From Torpedo marmorata (Eukaryota): 64,000 nucleotides of DNA. The position numbers and the translations under genes were made by a program. This document shows positions 22,701 through 34,700 of this stretch, piece after piece. The stretch spans positions 61,318,001 to 61,382,000 of the forward strand of contig OZ360241.1 of the NCBI GenBank assembly GCA_977017645.1. Direction: 5' to 3'. The notes beneath the pieces were generated by a model that worked only from the letters and a program-made list of their open reading frames with translations, searched no databases and was not told where the DNA came from. The first letter of the stretch is position 1. The number at the start of each line of letters is the position of its first letter.

Positions 22701-25700
22701 AGTACAGGGGTTTGACGTTGTGTTACCGCTGTACAAGATGTTGGTAAGGCCAGGTTTGGAATACTACTTGTAGTTCTGGCCACCTTGCTATTGGAAGGAT
22801 GTCATTAAACAGGAAAGGGCATAAAAGAGTCATGAGGATGTTACCAGGAGTGGATGGCTTGAGTTCAGGAATGATTGGATAGGCTAAGACTTTTCTCCCT
22901 GGAGCTTAGAAGGCTGAGGGGTGTCCTTATGGAGATATAAAAAAATCATCAGGGGCAGAGATAAGATGAATAGTCGTAGTCATTTCCTCAGTGTCGGAGA
23001 ATCTAAAAGTGGAGGGCATAGGTTAAGGTAAGGGGGAACCTTTTCCACACAGAGGGTGTATGGAATTACCAGAGGAAGTGGTATAGTTGTGTACAATCAT
23101 GACATTCAAGTGATATCTAGACAACAACGTGGATAAGAAAGAATTCGAGGGACATGGTCAAACACAGACAAATGGGACTAGTTCAGATGATCAAGTTGTT
23201 CGGCATGAAGAAGCTGGGCCAAAGAACTTGTTTCCGTGCTGTACAGCTCTGACCCTATGACTGTACAGACCAGACCTGTCAGAATCAGAATCAGAATTTA
23301 TTGTCATGAACAAGTCATGAAATTCGGTGTTTTGCGGCAGCATCATAGTACAATTAACATTCATATTAACCATCTTACGACATTACTATAAAAAAATTAT
23401 AAACAATAGTGCATGAAAAGTAAGGCAGTGTCTTTGGTTCATTGATTATTCAGGAATCTGAAGGCAGCGGGGAAGAAGCTGTCCTTGTGCCGTTGAGTGC
23501 TCGTCTTTAGGCTCCTGTACCTTTTTCCCGATGGAAGCAGAGTGAAGAGGGCATGGCCTGGGTGGTGGGGGTCTTTGAGGATAGAGGCTGCTTTTTTAAG
23601 ACACAGCCTCATGTAGATGTCCTCGATGGAGTGAAGTTTGGTGCCTGTGATGTCACAGGCCGAGTTAACAACCCTCTGGAGTTTACTCTTGTCCTGGGAG
23701 TTGGCGCCTCCATACCAGGCAGTGATGCAACCAGCCAGAATGCTCTCCACGGTACACCTGTAGAAGTTTACGAGAGTCTTTGGTGACATACCGAATCTCC
23801 GCAGACACCTCACAAAGTATAGCCACTGACGTGCCTTCTTTGTGATTGCATCAACGTGGGTGCTCCAGGACAGATCCTCGGAGATGTTGACACCCAGGAA
23901 TTTGAAGTTCTTGACCCTCTCCACGACTGAGCCCTCGATGAGGACTGGGTCGTGTTCCCCTGACTTCCTCCTGAAGTCCACAATCATCTCCTGCCATTAC
24001 ACCATTCAACGAGCTGATCTATCTCCCTCCTGTACGCTTCCTCATTGCCGTTTGTGATTCTGCCGACAACTGTGGTGTCATCGGCAAACTTGTAGATGGC
24101 ATTGGAATTGTGCCTGGCCACACAGTCATGGGTGTATAACGAGTAGAGCAGTGGACTAAGCACGCATCCTTGGGGTGCGCCTGTGTTGATAATCAGTGAG
24201 GAGGAGACGTTGTTTCCAATTCGTACTGACTGTGGTCTTCCGATGAGAAAGTCAAGGATCCAGTTGCAGAGTAGGGTACAGAGGCCTAGAGTTTGTAGCT
24301 TCTTGACCAGCACTGAGGGAATAATGGTATTGAAGGCTGAGCTGTAGTCGATGAAGAGCAGCCGTATGTATGAATTGCTGTTTTCGAGGTGATTCAGAGC
24401 TGAGTGGAGAGCCAGCGATATTGCATCTGCTGTGGAGCGATTGTGACGATAGGCGAATTGCAGTGGGTCCAGATCTTTGCTTAGGTATGTGTTAATTCTG
24501 GCCATGACCAGCCTCTCAAAGCATTTCATCACAGTAGAAGTTAGTGCTACTGGGCGGTAGCCGTTGAGGCAGCCCACACTACTCTTCTTGGGTACCGGGA
24601 TGATTGATGCCCTTTTGAAGCAGGTGGGAACCTCTGACTGCCGCAATGAGAGGTTGAAAATGTCCGTGAACACTCCAGCTAGTTGGTTGGCGCAGATTTT
24701 CAATACCCTGCCAGGTACGCCGTCAGGGCCTGATGCCTTGCAAGGGTTCACCCTCTTGAATGATGTTCTGACGTCGCCCTCAGAGACAGATATCACAGGG
24801 TCCTCAGCCTTTTCAGGGATTCTAGTAGGCACTGTTTTGTTCTTCTTCTCAAAGCGGACATAGAAGGTGTTCAGCTCATCGGGTAGTGAAGCATCACAGC
24901 CGTCTATAGTGTTCGCCCTCGCTTTGTAGGCTGTAATGGCCTGCACTTCCTGCCATAGCTGGCGTGTATCTGTCTCTGTCTCTAGCTTCCTCCGGAATTG
25001 CCACTTTGCTTCAGAGATGGCCTTCCGCAGGTCGCGCCTGGACTTCTTGTAAAGATCCCGGTCCCCGGCCTTAAACGCCCTTGTTCCAGGTGCATTCTCA
25101 CATGGGCCCTTTTAAAACTGCAGACCGTGGATAATTACAATAATTACCCGCCGAGAAGCTCAGGATATCTCCTAGATCTTCAAATTATCCTTGTTTTGCC
25201 CTCCTGAGGAATGTGGCAGGAGCTCCGATTCATTTCAGTAAAGGGAAATGTTTTAGCCGAGGTCGAGCTGTGTGCTGTCATATCTGCACTTTGCCCCCTG
25301 TGATGATGCAGCAAATGGCTCCCTGGGAAATATTAGACAGTCAGGTTACTAAATACACACATGCCCAGCACCCCTGTCCAATAAATCAACTGTAAAGTCA
25401 ATTGAACTGAGGAGCCATCAGCCTCAGTTGCCATGGTTGGCACATTGACTTCCCATCAGTGGCATCCATTTAATTGGGTGGGCCGAGCTCTTGTGCCTAT
25501 ATAGATCATGAGTTTTGTCCTACTCTGAGGCTTGAGCCAATAATCTCAGCTGCAACTCCCATTGGTGTTGAAGAAATGCTGGGGTGTGGAGGAGATGTCA
25601 TTCCGATGAGAGGTTAAACTAAGGCTCTGACTGCCTTCTCAGGTGGACATAAAAGAACCCCAAGTTTAAATGCTCGACAGGATAAAGGAGGGGTTAGTCG

Positions 25701-28700
25701 AAAAAATTTGAATTGGTGAAATCTGGAGACAACAAAAAGGACAGGCAACACAACAGCCAGTCTGAGACAGGCCGGATATGTTGTGGGGGTAACCCTAGTG
25801 ATGGAGAATGTGGGATCAGAAACTCATTTTTTTCATGAGCGGAGATTGCTATTCAGAACTTTTTAATGTTTTTTTAATTTAAAAATATACTTTATTTATA
25901 AAATTTCAAATATATGCATTGTAGAACATTCAAGTAAATATTTACTTAACATTGTTAATCCTATTACTTAATATCAGCATGTCATCAGAATCATTCATTT
26001 GCAACCAGTTCAACTCATGGTAAGAGAACCTAAACTGTGGCTCTTCCCCACTGAACCCTTGCACTGGCTGCACCCGGTCAGCTCTTTAATTCAGTTCATT
26101 TTTTTTAGACATACAGCACGGTAACAGGCCCTTTTGGCCCACGAGCCCGTGCCGCCCAATTACACCCAATTGACCTACAACCCCCCGTACGTTTTGAACG
26201 GTGGGAGGAAACCGGAGCCCCCGGGGAAAACCCACGCAGACACGGGGTGAACGTACAAACTCCTTACAGACAGCGCGGGATTCGAACCCCGGTCCCGATT
26301 GCTGGCGCTGAAACAGTGTTGCCCTAACCGCTACGCGAACCGTGCCGCCAGGTTGCTGGTGCTGTAATAGTGTTGCGTTAACCTCAGCACAGCCTGGAGT
26401 TTTGAGCAGACCAGTTTACAACACTGGGTCATGGACAACATCTTGCTCTGGAATACTGATGAGTTTCGGGCATACCAGTGATGGCTTCCCAATAGTAGAT
26501 GGTTCTTGTTTCAGTACGAGTCCCTGAGAGCAGTCCTTGCAGTACAGAGGCCATTGTCACACAACGGTTTGGCGCAAGCATCAATACCCCTGCCTCATTT
26601 CCCAGACCCTACTGGCAAGGATTGATTCTCTAAGGAAAAGGGGAGTGGTGCCATTTCCAGTACAACCATCATAAGGAGAGCATGTGGTGCAGCCAATATG
26701 AAGGATCTGATTGGGGGAGGAGGGGTACATTTCTCATCACCAATCAGGAAAGGTCTTGGCATTTGAAATCTTTGGAAATGAGGCATTCTGATAAAGGACT
26801 GAGAATCTGCTTGGGGAACCATCCAGTTGGGACCACCATTTTTTTACCTGTCTGGTTCTGATGATATTTTGTTTAGACCACGGTCTGCTTGACTTGTGAT
26901 CAAAGGTGTTCTCTTGGGTAACTATCGATCTAACCCATGCTCCCCTACCCTGGGAGTGTTTATTTGGACAGGGTAGATGGACAGCAGCATCTGGGGACCT
27001 TTTTGGTGCATACACCTCAGCAGCTGACACCATCATCTGAGCCTTGTCCAAGGTGCTTGGAGTCCATTAGCTTTTGATTACAGTTTAGGATCTGCCAGTC
27101 CACACTGCTCCATGTCTGATTTTCCAGTAAACTGCTCATTCACATTTGTCCACTGCAGGCATTAGGAAGCAGGCTGGAAGACTGGGGGAATCTCCCCTCC
27201 CACTGTGCATTGGATGAGCTTCCTAATCGGTCACCGGGACACCCTGGATGCTATCCATCTCGTAACTGACCTGTAAGATAGCAGACCCTGCTAATTTGTT
27301 TTGATGCAGAGAGGAGCAAGCATGAACAACAACCAGCGACAGAACTAAAAAGTGACTGTATTAACAAAAAAAAAAATTGGGATTTAGGGAGCAGGGTGTT
27401 TAAAACCTTTGCCACGGGTACTTTTACACGTTGAAGATTGAATTGTTGAAGTCAACTGTTTGGGAGACTAGACCCTTGGAGAGAGGATCTGCACTGGGAG
27501 TTTGCAAGTGGATCCACAGATTCTGTGCTCCGAGTCCAGGCAATAGGTGTCCTATTGATTGGCTGCACAAGGTCAGCCTTGACGGATTAAGGGGCTCTAG
27601 CTTTCTGTAGCAGGGATGGGGAATGTGGAGTGTCCTCTCCCTGTGCCCAGGAGCTGAAGGATGAAGGAGAATGCCCCGGCAGAGTGCCCACCCAACATCA
27701 CATCATGGGTACAGGTGCTTCTGGTGATGGGACGCAGCTTGACGACCTACCTAAATATCTGTCTGTGTGTCTGTCTCCAGAAGAAAGCTCTCACAAGCTG
27801 GCCATCGAGACACTGGAGGAACTGGACTGGTGCTTGGATCAACTGGAGACACTACACACCAGGCATTCTGTCAGTGAAATGGCATCCAACAAGGTGAGCT
27901 GGGAAAGTGGGTCGGTGTGTGATGGGAGGGAGGACAACTCGGTGCAGGACACAGACCATCGGCTTCCCTCTGCCCACTATATGTCGCCTTTCACATACTG
28001 ATTATTCCTTTCCCTTCCGCCTCTCCCCTCACTCCACAAAGGGGTCTGCTGAGGTACACCAACTGACATGGGCCAGGCGAGGGTTTAATTCAGGCTGAAA
28101 TTTTCATCCTCAGCTGGAGTGGGCTTTGGAGAGGAGAGTGGTGGAGTGGGCAAAATGTGGTGAACAAAAAAAGGTGTGCATGCTTCAAATGTACCTGCCA
28201 TTCCAACCTGACCTTGTCAATCGTGTCCCTATCCCCATCTCCATTACCTGAAGGTGCATAATAGCTCTGAATGAGCCCAGCATCATCAGTGGTGCTGCTT
28301 TTAGGTTGAGACCTTAAACCACGATACAACCTGTCCTCTCAGGAACATGCCAGGATCTCACAGTTTTAACTGGGAAGATGATTAAGGGATTTGCCTCTCC
28401 CATTCCCTCTGTCTCAGTCTGTCTTTGAACGAACAATTTCAGTAAGGGTCAACGTCTCCTGTTAGCTAATTTCATCCTCTCTTCATGAAGCAAGTGAACT
28501 TGTAACGCCGCAAGCAGTGAATCTTGGAGCTGTATGCATGGATCATCAAGGTGGTTTCTTTACAATGCAATCTCCATCAGTCTTTGGCCTCTGGACAAAA
28601 TTGCAAGGCCTCTGACTGCTGACATTTTAGGGCACTGGGGATGTTATGTGAACTCTCTGCTTTCCCGTGCGGAGGTCACATTAAGGTAAAACGCATCACA

Positions 28701-31700
28701 CACCAGAGCAAGCAAGCAGTAGTCATTGAGTCGCAGCTCAGACATAGACCCTCCAGCCCACATGTCATGCTGACCACTCCACATAGCCCATCAACTCCCC
28801 CCTGGTTCCACTATTCACCATCACACTCAGAGCAACTTATGGTGCCCCATTCACTTAGCAGCCTGCATGCCTCTGGGATGTGGGGGGAAAAAAACGGAGC
28901 ACCCAGAGAAAATTCTCGCAGTTACAGAGAGCTCCACACAGGCTGGACTGGAGGGCAGGATTGGACCCAGGTAACCAGAGCTGATAGGCAACCACTTTAC
29001 CAACTTGCACTATTGTGCAGCCTCAATCGTGATCACAGATTGAAATTCAGGAATATTTTATTCACTTGGAGGGCAATTTTTAGTACACATTGTGGTGATC
29101 ACTTTTAAACCATGCAAAACTTCAGTATTGGCTCCTGTATGTTTACAGAGTACAGTAGGTAAAATAAGAATATCTCTCACTTGTCTGTTACTATCCAGCC
29201 TTTGTGCGTGTCTCAGGAATATCTCCTGTTCCCATGCAGAAGAACGTCACGGGGGCAGTGAACAGCCATTTTCTCCTCGGGCCTGCTCACTGTTCAGTGA
29301 GGTCATGGCTGATCTGGTCTTTGGCCTCAGCTCCGTTTTCCTGCTTGATTCCAGATCCCTTCATACCTGTGCAGACCAAAAATCCTGTATCATAGCTGTG
29401 AACATCCTTAATGACTGTCTCCGCAGCTTTCCGACATCCAGAATTCACATATTCAGTACACAGCAGGTAAAAAGGAATAATTCTCTCCTAACAGTAGTCG
29501 CATTTCAAAAGGAAATCAGGGGCTGCGTAGCTGTTGAAGCGATAACAAAAATTGCTCCAGGAATCCAAGGCGTGCTGTCTTTCCTAGGGATTCCAATGAA
29601 ACAATAAAAATATGAAAGGATTTAAATCTACTCAGGTTACAAGCAATGCTGTGAATGGGAATAATTTGATTGATTGGGACTGTGTCCAATAAACAGGAGG
29701 TTTATCTATTAAAGTTCCATAGGATGGGAGAGAATAGGAAGAGGTCCACCAATTACAATTTTACACCATGGCCATTGGTGAGTAGAGATTTGATCCATTG
29801 ATGTTGTTTTCAATGGAAATGACTAAACGAGAATTGGATTATTTGGATTTATGTAGCTTCTCTACATCTAATTCAGATATTAAGGTATTGAGAATTTTTC
29901 CTGAGTGATGTGTCTATGCTCTCAGTTGTCTTATGCTCAGTAATAGTACTCCAATGTTACCAGAGGTACCAGCGCCTTTATTTAACCCATTGCTTTTCTC
30001 AACAGTTTAAGAGAATGTTGAATCGTGAATTAACGCAGCTATCTGAAATGAGCCGCTCAGGAAACCAGGTCTCTGAGTTCATATCCAATACATTTTTAGG
30101 TGAGTGCAGTATTATGTCCAATATTATATCATAAAATATGAGATGCAAACACCGTCATTCTTTATAAAACTAAAAGAGAGTAAGGTGATTGTTATAACTA
30201 TAGTTGCTTTTCACTGTTAACTATTGCTGGAAGAATTTTTGGTAGTGTCATCTTGGAATGCCTACAACAGCTGGCAAGTTATGTCTTCCCTCAATAATAA
30301 TGTGGATTTGCGGCAATTTTAAGAAAAGTACCTTTGTGGATTTAACCAAAGCATTCATCACCTGCAGCAGTTAGTACACACATGTACTGGAGAAACTCAA
30401 GAGGCAAAGATATATAACCAATGTTTCAGGCCTGTCGAGTCGGTTCCTATGGAGGCTGCGGGATCGGCTGAGTTTCAACAGCACTTTTGTGCATTAACTG
30501 CAGCAGACTTTTTTGTTTCACATCCCTTGGGGCAGACCTGGTTTATTTGCAGTCCTATTGTAAACAGGATGTCCATCAAATCTGTTGAGCCTTGCACATC
30601 TTTTGCATGGTGACATAAAGGCCACATATGTGCTTGACGTGTTCAGCTTAGAGGTGAAAAGCAAGGATGTTCCCTTGTCTCTCGAGTCTTTGGAATCTTC
30701 GTAGCTATCCCAAACTGTGTGCTTTTAAACGTGGAAAGTAGAGTACGTCAACATCCGAGAACAAATGGGAAACTCTTTAACTCATGGCAACAACTAAAGT
30801 CAGGAAGATGTTTAGCATGGAATTTTTATTTGCTGAAGATGCTACTCGTATAACCCATGATGATAATCCACCACAGAAATGTCTTGTTATTAGGCATTTG
30901 TTCTCATGCTTCGCACAAAGAAACAGCTATTTTAGCAGAGCAAGTTTTTAAGATCCACATAACACGCCTAACGAGGAGTAATTGGAAATCATAGATAAGC
31001 TCAGGTGTCTCAGTTTTGCAGTGACCACCACCCTTTCTCCGGATGAAGAATTTACATTGGACAAGCCATGGATGGACTAAAAGATGGAGCAACAACTCTG
31101 CGCTCACCATCAAGACCAGAAAGTTCCATGTGCAAAGCTTGCGTTCTTGCCACTCTCATGTATGGAGAGAAATATGGGCAGTTTATGCCATGAGCCATGA
31201 GCATTAGTCAAGCAACTTCCACCTGCACTATGTCCAGCTCACTCTCGATATCAAATGGCAGAGTCATCATCATTAAGGTTTTTCAAAGGGAACATGAACC
31301 AATTGCAAACAAAGACCAAGTTTCTACCCAAGGATTCAATGGCATACTCATTCCAAAGGGGAAAACTGGAGCATTATTTAGGAGGTTTAAAATTACTGTT
31401 TTTTTTTCTTAAGGAGGAAAATAATTCACAGAGATTTTTTTTTTTTGGACCTGAAATATTGTTTCCTTTCACACAGATGCTGCCTGATCTGCAGAGTATT
31501 CTCGCTGATTTTATTTCAGATTTATAGTATCTGTAGTACTTTGCTTTTGATGAGACTGCCTTAGAATGTTATCGGTCAAACTTCTTTCAAGGGATTCTGA
31601 GTGTTTATTTACACATATATACAGAATAACAGACACCTGAATTACATGTTGGAATTTAAGCAACTAGCAAAAAAATCGTAGAAAATAAATAGGTAAAAAA

Positions 31701-34700
31701 TACAGAAGTTTAAAATGGCACGCTCGCCATTAGTTTGCCAATCACACAACATGCAATCTCAAGCAACCGGAAAATTCACTTATTCGGCATCTACCAATCC
31801 CCATAGGTGCCGGATACCAGGGGTTTTACTGTAACTGTGTTTTAATTTTATTTAGACATACAGCACAGTAACAGGCCATCTCGGCCCACGAGTCCGTGCT
31901 GCCCAATTACACCCAATTAACCTACACCCCTGGTACGTTTCGAACAGTGGGACGAAACCGGAGCCCTCGGGGAAAACCCACGCAGACACGGGGAGAACGT
32001 ACAAACTCCTTACAGACAGCATGAGATTCGAACCCCGGTCCCGATTGCTGGCGTTGTAAAGGCGTTGGGCTAACCACTACGCCAACCGTGCCACCCCACC
32101 ACCGTGTTGGTTCCCATGTACCTGTGCCAATGACAGTTTGTAAGAACATGCCCTGGAAGACTTCAGGACTGAGAAATTATCACAGTAACTTATTGCCTGA
32201 GAGTCTGTGTTGGTCATTGAGCTTCATCCTTTCTCACCTCTGAGTTAGAAGATAGCATGTTCAGTTCCCATTCCTGGAGCTGATGTTTCGGCAACAGAGA
32301 GGGTGATGCACTGTCAGAAAAGCTATCTTTTGAATGAGGCATAGAACTCCATCTACTCTCCCGTTTGGTTGTAAAACACCCACGGTACGAATTTGAGGAA
32401 GAGCAGAGGAGTTGTCCATAGTGTCCAGGTCAGTCAGTATCACCAAAACAGTTCTTTCTTGTGCTTCTTGTCACATTGTTATTTGTAGCATTATGCTGTG
32501 GACAATTGGCTGCTGCACGTCTGACGCCTGTCTACAGCTCAAAAAGTACCTCTTGGCTGTAAAATGCTTGGTGTATTTTGAAACTGTGCAAAGCAGTATT
32601 GAAGTCCACTACTTTCTTTTTAAGTATTTTTTTAAATTTCAATATAGCATGGTAACAGGCCCTTTCGACCCACAAGCCCGCGCCGCCCTATTACTCCCAT
32701 GTGACCAGTTAACCTACTAACCTGTACGTCTTTGGAACTTTTTCTAAACTTCTGTTCTGTTCAAAGACAAACCACATGAAATGGAAGTGCCCAGGGGCAG
32801 AGAGAGGAAGCTGGAGACCATGGGACAAATCAGCGGCTTGAAACATAGCCTCAGTGTGATCTCTTCTGTGGATGTTCCACGATTCGGTGTGCAATCCAGC
32901 CAGGAAACTGAGTTGGCGATGGTACACAAGATATATTTTAACTTATCATCTGTGGGGAATTGTTTTTGTGTCAAATGGAGAATTAAGATCATAATGGAAC
33001 ATTTACCGTATTTGACGGCATATAGGACCCACTGACATATAGGACCCCCCCCCCTCCATTTTTAGCGTGAGATTTCAGGAAAAATTTGTTTTAGTGTATT
33101 AACCTTCACAGCAGCAACACGTCCTCCTGCCCGCCGCACACTGAGGCTCAGGCTGCTTCACCCCCACCGTCCAAAGATAATTGTGTGCCGGGACCCGCAA
33201 GGGTGGGAGGGAGAGAAGCCAGGACAATGGGCAGGGCCCAGGCCCACCGTCGCGGGGAGCAGACAATCGATCGCTTGCTTTGAGGGGAGCGCTGGGCCTC
33301 GGTGATCAGGCTCCACGCTGAGCCTTTGTTCGACATGCATGGTCCCCCGAACAGATTGAATGAGGCGCGGGGGCGGGTGGCAGTGAGCGAGCGACCTGTT
33401 GAGCTGAGCTTCACAGGCCGCTCACTCTCTGCTACCTGATCATCGAGGCCCAGCGCTCCCCTCAAAGCACTGTTGGTGAGAGCAGGCGGGAGGGAGAGAG
33501 CGGGCGAGAGCAAGCAAGGGCGGGCGGGAAGGAGAGAGTGGGTGGGAAGGAGCGGGCGGGAGGGAGAGAGCGAGCGGGCGGGCAGGAGAGAGCGGGCGGG
33601 AAGGAGAGAGTGAGCGGGCGGGAGAGTGGGCGGGAGCGAGTGGGCGGGCAGGAAGGAGAGAGTGAGCGGGAGGGAGAGAGCGGGCGGGAGGGAGAGAGCG
33701 GGCGGGAAGGAGAGAGCGAGCGGACGGGAGAGAACGGGCGGGAGCGAGCGGGCGGGAAGGAGAGAGCGAGTGGGAGGGAGAGAGTGGGCGGGAGCGAACG
33801 AGCGGGCGGGAAGGAGCGAGCGGGATGAAGAGAGCAAACGGGAGGGAGAGAGCGAGCCTTCTTACCAGGGGAAGTGAGCGGCGGTGGCGGCGACTCCAGA
33901 AAGCACAGGCCACCCAAGGGAAGGTGGTCCGCGAAGCTGCGGGCCCGCTTCCTGGACTCCACTCGGTGCCCAAAATGGCGGCACCAAAATGGGGTGGTTT
34001 TTGAGGCGATTTTTTGGAAAAAAAGGGGGGTCTTATATGCCGTCAAATACGGTAGGTATTGGTGATGATACCGCTCAGATACACACTAAAGCTCCCTCTA
34101 CACTTCCCCATCAAACACTCCCAGAGCTTGGACAGCTCAGATTCGATGTAGAGTAAAATTCCCTTTGCACTATCACATCAAACACTCCCAGGGCAGTGAT
34201 AGCACGTTACTTTTTATTGTGTATTTTTTTCTCAAATTTCTGTTAAAATTCTTATTTATATTGCCTTGTGTAAACTTTTTCATCAACCAGTCTAATCAGA
34301 CAAAATCTTTGAATTCATTTTTTTTAATATTGCACTAAATTGTTTTGATATATGAAAAAATATATTTGGTGCAGATTGATTAATCTTGCTGAAAATGATT
34401 TACCACAAATATATGAATAATATTACATCAAACACTGATTTTTAAAATTTAAAATAATTGAAAATTTGCTTTAAAAGTTGTACAAGGAAACTACAGAGAC
34501 ATATTTTATGAGCAGTGATGAGTTTCCTTGTCATTAAAGAATATGATTTAAAGCTTTCAAAATGTATCTATTAAGAAGCTTGCATCAACCTCTATAAGCT
34601 TTTTATCATCCTGTTCCTTTAACATAAGAGCTGAGAGGTCAAAACAAAAGTTGAATCCTATAACAGAAGGCTATAAACCTATCAGGCTTGGCACTGCTTG

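Noticed and set aside
26270-26349. tRNA gene on the minus strand
   Set aside because: It is the tRNA-like head of a multi-copy V-SINE, fused to the V-domain.
28500-28556. Possible super-short first exon ending WIIK|gt (like PDE4D6/B5 WGYIK)
   Set aside because: In-frame stop a few codons upstream and no ATG.
33148-34156. Several long overlapping ORFs
   Set aside because: Products of a stop-poor G/C-rich minisatellite inside a MITE.
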